Below, piece after piece: positions 12,901-27,100 of a stretch of 64,000 bases of DNA. Source of the DNA: Phoronis australis (taxonomy: Eukaryota; Animalia; Phoronida); the NCBI GenBank assembly GCA_002633005.1, contig NMRA01000014.1:858955-922954 (forward strand). The letters run 5' to 3'. The translations under genes were made by a program, and so were the position numbers. The notes under the pieces were generated by a model, which saw only the letters and a list, made by a program, of their open reading frames with translations, ran no database searches and was not told the DNA's origin. Position 1 is the first letter of the stretch; each line of letters opens with the position of its first letter.

Positions 12901-15900
12901 GAGTGGTGATTTACTTTCCATAGGATGATAAGGTCAGTGTGTAAACGCCACCCCATATCTGGGCCCGAGGTCATGATACAATAACCATACAACAAAGAAA
13001 TTAACAAACACAAGAAAATGTTTCAGACTTAAATGAGGTTGGCTAACCCTAAGATTGCGAATTTAAAAATCGTGCATGTCCACATTGCCTGGGTGTTGAG
13101 AGTAGTAATGAAAATGGAATCCTACCAAAGAAAGGAATATTATGAGACTGATTTAACAAGAAAAAAGTACAAGAAAAATGGCATTATCAGATTTTTGCCA
13201 TTGCTAACTAAGCACCATTTCCTGTCCCTGTTAAGAGTTCTTCATATTTAAAATGTGTCCTGTAATTTCGAGTCTGTACAAAAGGACAACAATAAGCTGA
13301 GGAGAAAAACTGATGGAAGAGCACTTGTAAATCTTGATAGGTTTTACAAATTGAAAGTTCAGTGATCAACTGACCATCCATCAAAAGACACAGAATTCTC
13401 TGTTATGGCTCCACAGTGCTTTCTAATTAAGACAAAAAACAACAGATAAAAAGTTAATGTTTAGTAAAATTACATGTAAATTGGAAAGAAATGTACTAAT
13501 AGACGGCACTGTAATGTCCTACATGACAGAGAAACAGACTTGTAAAATCACTTTGACAACCAACCTAAGAATACAGAAATTCTTCACTTACTTCGCACCA
13601 TTTTTCAATTTTTCAAAGTGTGCAAATAATATAAACTTGACCTAATATTACCATATGTCATGACATTTTCACACAACAAACCTTAAGAATAGTCTAAAAT
13701 CTTTTAATGGTCATGTTTACTTCAGAAATTTGACAAAATTAAATTTCAAATGTCCTCAACATTGTGTGCTTAATGGTGACTTCCCTGTTCATAAAACGTT
13801 TTTTCCGTGTCATGGCAGACAAAAACCCCTTGAAACTCAATCAAGTTTTGCTTTAATTTTCTAAACCAAAACGATACCCAAGGTTAAGCTGCAATGTCCA
13901 CAAGAACCAAAATAGAATACTGGGGGCTGTTAACAGACCAAGTTGGGCTATGAAAGAAGACAGTGTTATACGCAGAAATATAAACAAGACCACACAAATC
14001 TCTCTCGTTTGCAATATCATTTTATCAAAAAGGACCTAAGCCAAAAAGTTAATGTTGCGATTTCAAAAACAATGCTAAAAGTAAAACAACAAATTTAATC
14101 ATTTTTAACAGACCTCTTGACCTATGGCGCTTACATGTACCAGCTGTATTTGGAAACTTAAGGCAGTGGTGGAGACTTTCATCAGCAGAAGCGTACACAA
14201 ACATCTGGTGTTTTTAATTATGGTAATGACATATTGTTTTAATTTGAAATTGGGATTTCATACAAAAGGCAACGAGTTTCGTAACAACTGCAAAGGTAGA
14301 ACATTCCAAATTTCTCTGAAAACTGTTATGAGACAAACAGCAAGCAAAATCGTAGCAGAAGGGTATCTGAGTTTCTGTCTGACAAAATATGCAAAGAATC
14401 ACAGTAGCAACTCTTCAGAAAGGCAATTAGATGTGAGAACCATAAAAAAAACAGCATAGCAACCCAAATATTCATGCATAGCAACCCAAATATTCATGCA
14501 TAGCAACCCAAATATTCATGCATAGCAAGCCAAATTTTCAAGCCTACCAATGAAGGTGTACCACCAAGGTAGAGAACTCCTGCGGCTCACAGCAGCCTTA
14601 GAGTCCATCTTTATCGCACCTGCACCACGGTGGTCACCACAGCGGTCAACACAGCGGTCACCACATCGGTCACCACAGTGGTCACCCCAGTGGTCACCAC
14701 ATGGTCAGTGAATCACCACCAAAGGTAGATAGTTACAGCACAATGATGACCAGGATAAGCAGTCCCCAACACTGAGTTCCAGCAGCTTCAGTCACTTAAA
14801 ATCCACTGGTCCACAATACCAGTTTACCAAGTTCAGGCTTCCTTCTCATAAACACTTAGAAAACCCAAACTTGTAATTGTAGTATAGGTCCAGGCACATA
14901 GATACAACAGTTGTTGGTTGTATGGTCAAAACTCTAGACTACTTGTCATCAAGAGTGTTTCCACTATTGATCCACCTGATGTACTGTGCCTTTTTTATAT
15001 TGCAACTGCCAACAAATCACAGCCTTTCATAAATAATTACTGGTAATAATACAGGTAATGCATTCAATTACCGACTATCACCGAGTGTGTGTAGACACAA
15101 ATTAGCAGTGCGCTGTGTTTCCCAGTCGAGTCCAAGAAGTCAGTCTTAAAACTGTCAATACTTGATAACTTGTTACAAGGACGAGATATCAGTTTTTAAA
15201 AATCTGTCATAAGCATCACCGACTTTGATTAGAATTTTGAAACCAACAAATCCTACTGGTACATTATTCAAGCTATGGAGCCAGTGTCTTGTCACTTACA
15301 GCCATTTCAGATACAGCATGGAAATGATTAATTATGCTTTGATGGTGATTTGCATGGAAAACGCACGGAATTCATGAATCCAACTTCTTTCATGGAATTA
15401 AAAGAGTTCAAACGGAATTTACATACTTCAGCAGAGATATCATAGTTCTTATATTTTTGATGTTTAATTATCAAAAGATAAGAGTATAATACACTGGTGA
15501 TGGTTTTGAAGCAGGCGTGTTCAAGCTGGTCACTAAAAATGGATTAATGCAAATTTGTAAAATCAAAGAAACAAATTTATGTTTTCTAAAACATATTTCT
15601 CAATCTCTTTTGAAAACGAAAAACCCGGGTATCTACAAATGATTCAAGGAAGCGTCTACATATTGTTCCGAAAGAAAGAAATTGCATTATATCTGTGTTA
15701 ATTCGGTCCATCTTGATGACCTGGGATGTGTTTTAACAAAGGCCGAAAGTCTGATCATAGCTAATATCGTTATTGCAAATGCTACACTGTGTTTTTAGAA
15801 CAGAGAAAACATTACAACTGTCGTCAAAAGGATAAATACAGATTATTACATGGCGAAGTCGTTATCCCCCGTTATCTAGAGCCCGAGTGGATTTTGGAGA

Positions 15901-18101
15901 ATTATCGCCCGAGGGGCGTTAGCCCCGAGGGTGATAATTATCCAAATCCACGAGGGCTCTAGATAACGGGGGATAACAACTGAGAAGATGTAATAATCTA
16001 TTTATACCACATACTGAACGAGAAACATTGCAATGAATCGATCTACCTTTCTCGACTCGCCTCGGCTTTGTAACTACTTTCTATGTCAGAGACCCGGGGT
16101 CGGGGGTCGTGACCTTTTAAGAAAAGGCGAGCTATTTTTGTCAAATAATGCTTATACTCAAAGCCAATTGAAAAATTTAAACAAAATAGAAGTAAAATGA
16201 ATCTATAAATTAACGTTTAGCAAGTAATATGGCTTACTACACATTTTATCACGCTAAGCTTCGACCGGGAAAATATCGTCTGCTAAAGTAGGTTACCAAT
16301 AGTAACTGAGTATAATGCTCAAGTCAAAGGATCCCGACGAAACGATACCCGCATTCAAATGGGAGATCGGTGATTTACAAGTGAGAGAACACAAGAGAAA
16401 AATTTCACTGAATTAAAATATCGTTTTTATGGAAATTGTGCGTTTTATTTTTCACAGCGTATAAATGTCGGTGTAATGCCCTTTGCTGAACATGCGATTG
16501 TTGCGCGTGCTCATTTAAGTATTCCATTTTCACGTTCAATGACGTCAGCCGCTGAGTGGTGTAGTGGTAAAGTCGGCGACTCGCAACACTTGAGGCCCGG
16601 GTTCGAATCCGGCCTCGGTTTCCCGCCAAAATGTTATCTCACTAGTGAGATAACTTTATGGGTTATTACACGGATGTGTCTGCCACTCGAGGCTAATATT
16701 GTGCTATAATTGTTAATATTCAGATTCAATCCTCACCATCACAGCAGTTTTCTTACACTATGGCCAAGAGGTGAATTTTCATCACAACTAACCACGTTGA
16801 ATCTTAAAACCTTGCCAGTTTCAAAGAAACTGCACACCCAAATTTCCTACACAAACTCTGCGCACAATATCATTTGAATACATTGGAAACTGGAACAGAG
16901 GAAGAAACCCTCGTCAGCCCCTCAGTAACAGTGAAAAGCAGTTCAGACACCATACCTGCTCTGACTCAGGTTACCTTTCACAAAAATCATCCTTAAATAT
17001 TGCTCGTTTTTCGTGTTTAATACTCACTGCACTGAGAGGGGTAGGTTGGTCGATAAAATGTTTTGTTCTTCAACTTTTCACAGTTGGGATGTATTCATTT
17101 GCGTTAAAACAATTTTGTTTTAGAATTGACATAATCTTGACTCAAATTGCAAATACAAGACTAATGCAAAGCACTGAAATGCATCCACTACACAGTAAAC
17201 AGTTTGCCTCTAAGTGTGCTTATCAGTTTCACCCAATACATAACATATGAAGGCAACTTGTGGGCATAGCATAATTTGTCTCAAACAAGGCAACCACTGT
17301 CATCTTTTCGATAAACTTGTTTGCCAAATTTTATGGGGACATTCATCCAGGTAGATATGGAGCCAAACACAATGAAAAATTAATTGCCAAGAGTGTACGC
17401 CACAGTAGTCAGACTCGTCTTAATATCAACATTCTCCTCACCTGGAACATACAAACCAAACTTTATGAAGATCGATCAAGCAATTTGGTAGATATTGAGA
17501 CACAAGCAAAAAACAAACATGCCACTACGGTGTACCAGAGTAGTTAGACCTGTCCAAAAACCAACACCAGTTGTGCTCTCTCCACTAAGAACACATTATT
17601 TAAACAAGCCACCAGGGCAGGGCGCAGTTTGTGTAGAATTCGTCTGAAAATGGAAAGTCTCCATTACAGAAATCCTCTTGCCAAATTTCATGAAACTATT
17701 AAGGAACTCAGCAGATGTTAGAAGATAATGCAAAAAAAACATAATTGCCAATAGGGCAAATAACGGAAATCATATTTGCCAATCTTGCCCGAAATTTGTC
17801 AAATAAATACGACTTCTGTCTGTTTACTTCCTACTTTAATTTAAACATGGTGGCAAATGCGTTTAATTCATGAAATAAACGGAACAATTGTGAATCAATG
17901 GTAACAACTCTAAGAACACTGTTAGTAGTTTCAAGTTTGGAAGTCCACATGAACCTTGGCATGAATTTAGATGGAAATATTGTTTGACTATGATACTCGC
18001 ACTGGCGGCCTTGTGGAGACTTGGAATTTTTCCCAGGTTGCCATACGCGACCTGGAGGTCGCCAAACGCAACCTGGAGGTCGCCAAATCGAGCGCTGCTA
18101 G

Positions 18102-18133
<32 letters not shown>

Positions 18134-21100
18134 CTAGCAGCGTATGTATTTATGTATGTATATAAGTACGTATGTATAAGTGGGTGAACAAAAACATGAA
18201 AATAATAAATATTGTCACAAATTTAGGGCGTAACTTGTACAGCCAGGGCTCACTAACTCTTCCTAATGGTGGCTGGGTGCCAGGCGGTGCCTCCAAATGG
18301 CCTGTTAAACAGATATATTGAAGAGCAAGGTAAACAAGATTAGGCTTTAATCACCTGACATAAAACCTAAATTAAAGTGATACAAGAATGGATGACAGCC
18401 AATTATTATGACACTGAAGGTGACTCATACCTCCATAAAACCAGCACATCCATACCCAGCCAAAAATCTCAAGCTTGCCAAGTTGCACAACACGATTCAA
18501 ATAACAAAAGCAATGCAGAATATAGAGCTACCTGAGCTAACGGTATGAATACTAATTGAGTTGCTACAAATCAGTGCACTGATATCAATTATTAGTCTTC
18601 ATACACACCAGACGCTGGTCACGTCTCGTGCCCTGTAGTGAAGTCCGAGAACATCTCTGCCCAAAGTGGAAATTGAACTCGAAATTTTCCGCATGGTTAG
18701 CAAATCTTTAATACAATCCTGGTTGATATTAAGATTGCCAGAAACACAACTATACTCAGGGCTCAACGATTACCATAGCGTCAAGTTGCCAATAATGCAA
18801 CCTGCCAAAATTCGCATGTAGATGTTTGCATGATGACTTCATGGTGACTTGTGATTTTTACCAGGTTGCCAAACAAAATCTGAGGCTGCAGAGCTGCAGG
18901 TCGCCAAATTGAGCATTGCCACTATATAATGCAACAGTCTTATTCATCCAACATCCGATATCAGCCATGCAAACCTTGAAAATCAGTAGCCACGATTCTT
19001 CCACGATGTTTGGCAGATAGACGGAAAAATGTTAAACTTAGTGCCATGGACAGAATTCTTCATTTTTATGTTAAACAAAATTAATTTCATTGTAAAATTA
19101 GAATGTTGGTTAGATACCAAGAACATACACCCAGGAACATTAATGCTCCATGTATACGAAGTGAAGTTCATAAGTATTGATAATAAAAAAACTAAATCAA
19201 AAAATTTTTTTTGCGGTGTTTTAAGTAAAAAATGTAGGTTTAAAAAATCTATAAGACCAATTTTTGTGAAATTTTAAAATTCCCTATTAACTAACGATGT
19301 TTTAATTTAGGTAAAAAATCAAGTAATAAATACTGAGGCAGGTGCAAAACTGCCACTAGGGGGCACAGCAGTATTCAGATCTGCCTGAAAATCACCTTCA
19401 GTCCTGCCCTCTTCAACAGTAACAAATCCCTAAAATTTCAAGATCCTTTGCCCAACTTGGTCAACATTGAAGCAGGCACAAAAACTAAAACTGCCACTTG
19501 AGGTCAAAGTAGCATTCCTATCCCTCTACAAATGAATATCAGTCATGCACTCCTAAATAGGAACATAACCCCCATACTTCACATGATGATCCTTTGAACT
19601 GTTTGGTAATCAGAAAAGCGGACGCCAAAAACTTAGGACATCAAAATACTAAAAATTGCCTCTAAGGAGCAAACAACATGATGGAACCAACAGAAGATAG
19701 TTGTGTGACATTCTCTTCTTTACACAAATAAACTTCTCAAGATTTATAGAATGTAAATAGGTAAATAAAGCAACAAGAATGGATCTACATTTCGTGAAAC
19801 TATAGTATCCTTGGGAGGATCTGGATCGCCTTATTTAGTTTCAGATTTATTTTCTACGTTATTTATCAAGATTTATACAGATTCATTAAGAGAATTGGCA
19901 GATATAAAAGCAAAACCAAAAACTAAAATTGCAGCTGGGTGTTGCAACATTTATACGACTTTGCCATTGGAGGAAACCCAATTTAACAAAACTCAATCGC
20001 GAACTTACTCTTCTCCACAAGTGACATGAGATTAATCACTAGTTCTGAAGATCAAACACCAGTTGACTAATAATGGCATGATTGTATCGTGTCGCAACCT
20101 CTAGCCATTACTCCAGTCAGGCTTTGCAAGTGATATAAGAGTTAGCGCTATTTCTAAAGATTAAACACCAGATGGAGCAGTTTACTAATAATGGCATGAT
20201 TGTATGTGTCACAAAATCCAGTCAGACTCAATCTTTCTCACTGCAGGGAAGTTGTGAGACTCCGTAGTTTAATCCAGGAGTTGAGTTTGAAGTCTGGGAG
20301 TTATGCTTTCCCATTGACTGAAACTCAGCAAAATGGGTTAGTTGTGGTGTTGGTGTGAAAGCAACAGTAGTCAGAGTGTTAAAGCTAATGATTCCTTATT
20401 TTTGAACAGAGTGAGAACAGAGCTCTGCTATCCTATGCACAGGTCATGACACAGTAAACACACATCTCACCTGAGACTGCACCTAGTACGCAGGGACGAA
20501 ACGAAAATGAAATCAATACCGAGCTGTGGAAATTCAATGTGATCAAGTAGAGAACCAATGAAGTGAAAGCCCAATAATATATATAAGAGTTTATAAATAG
20601 CCAGAGCTATTAATATGATGCTGAGATGAGAACTATCAGACACTCAACACATGACTTGTGTAGGCCCAGTCAACAGGAAACAGTGACATCTTCAAGACTC
20701 ACAGAGCCTGCATCCAGCACTTTGACAACATGAGGTGAATCTGCAAGCTCCGGTGACCCTCAAGCAGTCCTAGAGGTGAGGTGATGAGCCTTGAACCAAT
20801 CGAGGTCAAAACAGGACACTGCCCAAAAGATAGTCTTTCATCAGACCAGCATCTTTATACTCCATGAGGGCTTACCACTCATAAACAACTATTGTATTCA
20901 AACTGAGGCAGATATTATAGTTATAGTACCTTTGACTGAGAATCTCCTGCCATAAATGGGCTCCCAATGTCAACATAAACACCCACACTGTGAAAGCCTA
21001 GGATAATCATAAAACTGTCTAGACAAAAGATTATCTGGGTGGACTTAATGAAGGTGTACAATCAAAACTCTGAACATACATTGAGCATGGCAGCAGATCA

Positions 21101-24100
21101 AGGCTGCCTCCTCTCCTCCTAACCACATCCTAACCACTACTGGCCAAGCTCATTGAACACAATATTTAACAATTTCCATGTGAGGTCATTGAGTACATAC
21201 TACACATGCATCAGACCACCTTATGCAAGAAGGAAAGTACTCGATGCATAAATCGGGCAGTTTTTTTTGTGATCTCGTCAAAGTTCAAGGCACCACAGAT
21301 GCCACTTCTTGGCAATTGTTGCAATCACATTTCCTATTCCTTTTTATGTCTTTAAAACTATGACTTGATACACCTCAAAACTGTAGTCAATACCCTGACA
21401 GTCCCACTCTTAGATTAGCAGAGAAATGCATGCATAAGAATCATTTCCCCTATCAAATCACTCTTGCTGCCATACACTCACACTTGCTTTATAAGCATGG
21501 AAGTTCACGAAACCTGTAATGGGACAAAAAGCGCATTCCACGAACTCCCTACTTTCATCATCACCTCAGCATGTATCTCTGTAAGACACAAGCTGCTGAA
21601 GTCGGTCACACACACTAAGGTGAAGACAATGTCGCAGGAGTTGTTTTGATGAACGTGTATGGCCCGTTGGCTAATTCACATTCTTAAGGTAACTCACAAG
21701 AGCAACGCAGGGAGTTCAGATACGCTCACGACAGCATAGCAAACCATATGCTTCTAGGGCTATTTATTGCTATCATAAAAATGGCCACTAGATGGCACAG
21801 AAATCGTCAAACACATCCAAAATGGGAAGGTGTCGCCGAATCATAGCTAGAAACTATTTACAAAACTCCATGCAAATCAGTCAAAGACACAGTGACAAAT
21901 GTAAAAAAAAACATTGGCCATTAGGGGGCAGTGGTAGTCAGATCCATCAACAATCGGTCAAGCTACCGCTGTTTGGTTAGCTATTTGGCTGTTTTCGTAA
22001 ATTTAGACATAAAAGTCTCGATCGACACGGGGTTTTTTTTCAGTAAAAAGATCACTGCAAGAGAGCTATTTTTGTATACTTAGATGTAAAAGCCTTGTTC
22101 AATGCATTTTGTGTAAAAAACCTCTCTGTGTGGGGGAGGGGTTACTGGTGAATGGCGGCGGGGAGTGGGGGTAATGCGTCATTGGAATCATGGAATATTG
22201 GGAACCCCATGTTGGACACCGTATTTTCGAAATCCTGGATAAAGCCCCGATCCTCATGCGTCTCACACCTAACCAAAGCCGTCTGTTCACGACATCCAGT
22301 GGCGCAAGCTTATTAAGTTGTCTGTTCAGTAGAATGCATTGCTGGTGAGCTCTCACTTTGCTCTGAGGTGGTTCATCTGTCATGTATATTAAGAACGTTT
22401 AACCCAAGTCCTATCAATGCCTCAAATCATAAGAAGATCGACATAAGGGTGCATGTGTTTCAGGCAGAACTTAAGGACTGCTCCTCACATCATTGGTGCA
22501 AAAAACAGCATTGATCCACAGCGACTGTGTAGCTCAGACCTGGTCAATGGGTGCATAAAAATTGAGCCATAGTCATGTCTCAGTATTTCGCCTTAAATAA
22601 TATCTGTACTGCATTCAGACTCTAACAAAAGAACAATGTAGAGCAGCCCATCAAAACTAATGTCAGTGACCAAAACAACGTCAGCACAGGGATTAGCAGA
22701 CTGAGGTAGCCATTTCAAAAAAGCCCTTCCCAGGTAGAAACTCATTTAAATTTTGCATTTGACCCCTTTTCTCATAGCAAAGAACCCTCAGGTTTGCCAC
22801 TCATTTCAGTACACCTGGTCGCCACAATTTTGTGTTTGGCCTTCTGGTGAAGCATACTGTAGATGAAAATACATTGGAAAAATAAAGAACCCAACAGTGG
22901 ATTTATGTCTTTGGTTTGCAGAAAGTCATTTAGACCAATCACTAACTACTGCTAATGTATTACAATAGCAGACGAAATTAAACATGTTAAAATTCCCCTC
23001 CCCCAATCTGCAAGAAAAAGGACACAAAATGCTAACACGGCCTATAGGTCCCCCAGATGGGCTCAACAGATTTGAGGTCCTGTAGATCAAATGACTCATA
23101 ACCACGTTTTTCTACAATAATCCTTAGCACCTGATATCACATGTATACGGCCCTGTTTCCTCACGATCAAGTGCAGGTGTGCATCGCGTTTGAAAATTTC
23201 AAAGTTATCATACCTGTTTTATCTTGTCTTGGTTGCAAACAGTCGTCTTCAGAATCGGATGAAGGTGACTTCAAGCAGGAATCTGTAACAAACAACACAG
23301 AGTCAGCCACTTCTAGGATTGGACAAATAAACATGTAATGTTGAGTTAATGTCAGTCAAAGTGGTTCTCAACAACTTGGTAGTCTAACAGCAACATAAAA
23401 ATAAACACAAAGAAAGAGGTAGTACACCAATTAATGGCTGCTACTAAAGAGTTTTTAGAAGTAACCAGATGAATTATTATTGTTAAGGGTGTCAACTAGT
23501 AACTACATGAAGCCACTTTACACACTTACAAGACTATGAATGACCTGGAGACACACTCAATGAATGAGACTGGCTGACTCCAAAAACTCCACATATTGGG
23601 AATCAAACACTGAAGGCTTATCAACAACATGTGTCCTCATCAAACTGTGGCTGGTCAGTGAAGTGTGTGTAATCAAATCACCCACCATGACTCTATGAAA
23701 AGTCCAGGCTTGGGATATCAACCTCCCAATAGTTGACTGGGATCTGTTTCATGAGGGGCCAATTAGCGTTAACTCTTGCAACTACAACTCAGAAGCTCCA
23801 CAAAGTCGTTTCCAAAAAGTACCTGGTATCAAGTATTAAGTCTACCAAAATATTTTCATTACCGGTAACTAATCAATATTATTTATGCGACTTATTGTTA
23901 AATTGTCACATTCGAACAATGAGACTGCAGTAAGTTTATTCAGACCGAAGCAGGATGTAAAACAAAATGAAGCCGTACGAAAAAGGTGCAAAGGAACGTT
24001 ATTGGGCACAAGTAATTCGGACATCAGCCTATGCACGGAATTGAACTTGCAACCCGCCGCAGTCCGTCTAATGCTCAGCTGGCGGAGCTAAATCCAACTC

Positions 24101-27100
24101 GATAAACGGCCGAGTATTTTAAGCATACTGAGCAGCTAGTCACTGGCCTTTATTTCAGCTAATGTATCAAAGGTTTTGTTTTCATTGCTGTCAAAAAGGA
24201 CACTGTAACTGAACTGAGACTCAATAGTAAGTGATAACCATAGTAACATGGGACAACATACAAACACACATAATCTAAAGTTTATCTCAAGATAACTTAG
24301 ACATTACAGGACCACATGTGAACACAGATGGCTGCAAGCCTGTTATTCTGCTTCCATGGAGACCATCACAACCAGGGGTTATCTGTGTTAATCTTAGCTA
24401 AGTGAATTGGAGGGGGGGAGAATATTAACTCCAGAAGAGACCTGTGCAGCATCGTTGTACACAGAATGTGCTAGCACACATTAGCATCAGTTACTATACA
24501 GAATATCATAGCAGACATAAGTACCACCAGTAGAATGAGAGAAGAGATATGTACATTAGCACTGGTTGTACACAGAATGTCCTCACAGACATTAGGATCA
24601 GTTGCTGGTGAATCAGCAACAGCTGAGCTTTGAAACAGTAAACAACACCCCCAAGTGTCAATGGGAGATTCTAGGAACAAATGAATTTTGTTTATCTTAC
24701 CTGAAAGTCAAGAGAGAAGAGTAAACAAACACTAGACTGTGTGGGAAGGCCCGACCCATTCTCGTTCAGCTGTTTACAGTCAAGTGTAAGAGGCAGGTTA
24801 ACTGGGAGATAATGATGTCAACACAGGTAGTCTTGTCAGACAGGTGATAAGACGAGACTTAGACTGGATCACTGATAGTACTAGTGCAGCCTAGCCACAT
24901 CAAACACTATCTAGCTAACATCACTAAGACTTAATGTAGTTGTTGACACAAGCTGCTTAGTTTGATCCACACCGTAGACAGAGTAGTTTCCCATGGGATT
25001 CTTTCAACCAAGAAAATTAATCATAAAATAATCAAGGGTTCATAAAATAAAGCTGAAACTGAACATGGCTTCTGCATAAACATAACACTATACACACAAG
25101 ACAATCCTGGTTTTGATGTACATACAAGTCATAACTAGTGTCATTCTCAATCGTTGCATTTCTCAACACTTGCCAACTGCAAGTCACCTATTCCAGGTCG
25201 AAAATTTTTGCATCACTTTGCGTTTTCAGCTATCAGTTTATTTAGGTGGTGAGGAAACAAACACACAGCTGGTGAAAATGACCTGTTCACGGGTAGCTCG
25301 TGCATGAACAGCTAACATTGTCACCTCTCGTGTAAACGTAGTATTATTACATTGTCAACTCTCATGCGAACGTAGTATTATTACGCAGCTTAAGTGTTAC
25401 TGTACACAGTGCTTCTTGAAAGGACTGAAAAGTATTCACATCAATGGAACTAGACGAAATGAGCTGTTAAAACAAGAACAATTTCAACAAAGATCAGTAG
25501 CAGTGACAACGGTAAATCGACAGAGGATCCTCATTCTCTCACCAGTGATCCAACGACCTGTAGTGTCGGTAATGCGGCGACCACTCTTCTAGCAACCAAT
25601 GATCCCGTGACCTGTAATGTGGCATTACCAGGGCCTTCTACATCCTGTTCCAGTTTAAGCAATCAGCCCCAAAATCTTCCAGCCGATTACCTATAGGTGG
25701 CTGTATTTAACACTTGGCACAACTTTTTGGAAAAAGACATACTTTTCATCAACAGGTGTACCCATAGGGCACGGGTTCAAGCCTGACCACGAATATCCCA
25801 GTGATGATTGTTAACTTGTTGTTACCTGCCCCATGATGGAATTATTAAGGAACCTAATTTATTTGCATCTTACAGCCTAGAGTTCACTTTTAAAAGTAGC
25901 CCCCCACCCAGGACATGCTGTGCAGTTTCAGGAACTGAGCCAACATGTGTTTCAAACATTGGCACAGATCCAGCTTCAGCAAATGCAATGCATACATCAG
26001 AACTCATTTTCTTAACACAGAACCCAACACAGAATAAAAAACAACTTTAACAAAATAAGTAATCACAGTGCGACACTGACAATATGTACAAAATAAACAA
26101 GATCAGTAGGAAGAGGGACGAATGCCAGCCAAGAAGTAATATAACAAGCAATGAGGAGTTAATAAACTGAAATTACCTAAATGTCCATGATGACAGTTTC
26201 AATGTTTGTAGCAATAAAGCCACATCTGAAGTAGTGTCCCTCAGACAGAGTCAAACATAAACAACAGGTCATGTGACCTACAGTAAAACAAGGATGAAAC
26301 AGACCGCCTGATTGGTCAATAATGGTACCCTCACTGACATAAATCTTGTCAGGTGCAAAGTCCAGCCCAAGAGCAGTTTTACACAATTTAATTACACTCT
26401 TGTCAACCAACAGCTGCCCAACACACAATTCAACCTGGCAACTGAAAAACGTAACATGTTCACTAAAAACAAAATGACCCATCTTTAGCTCAATTGTGCA
26501 AATTTATGCTTGAAGTGACTTTTTTGAACACTGGATCAGAAAGCCAACAGTCCACTTAAGTAGAGGTACCACACAGTCTTCAATGCTGACAGTGACTAGG
26601 CAGAAACTATCTGTATCACATAGCCTCTCACCTACACCAAAATTCAAAAGTTCATTCTACCTGGTGTGTATAAACGAAAATGGTTGAACACCATCACAAC
26701 AGCAGCAGTGTGAACAGAACCAATTGTGTAACACCACCCTACTAGTAAACACATTCCTCAGTCCCCCTCCAACCCAATATGATCACTGTCCCAGATGGTG
26801 TTACAAGTCTGCCTTGTTCCTCTATTCCCCCTTCATATGACGACTGTCCCAGGTGGAGATACAAGTCTACAGTGCTCCTCTATTGCCCTCTGAATTTGAT
26901 CACAGTCACAGGTGATGTTACAAGTCTCCCTTGCTTCTCTATTCCCCCTTAAAGAGACATGAAATGCAAAAGCTCATCAAAAACATCTTTTGGACAATTC
27001 CTTGTGCCAGGACGTTAGTAACTGTACGCTTATTTATAATTGTTCATTTCTTCTTATGCTAATGTCTTTGTTGCGTCTCAGTGCGACTTTGTAAAGTGGG

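Noticed and set aside
16551-16619. Functional tRNA gene
   Set aside because: Anticodon stem unpaired and T-stem irregular; kept only as tRNA-derived.
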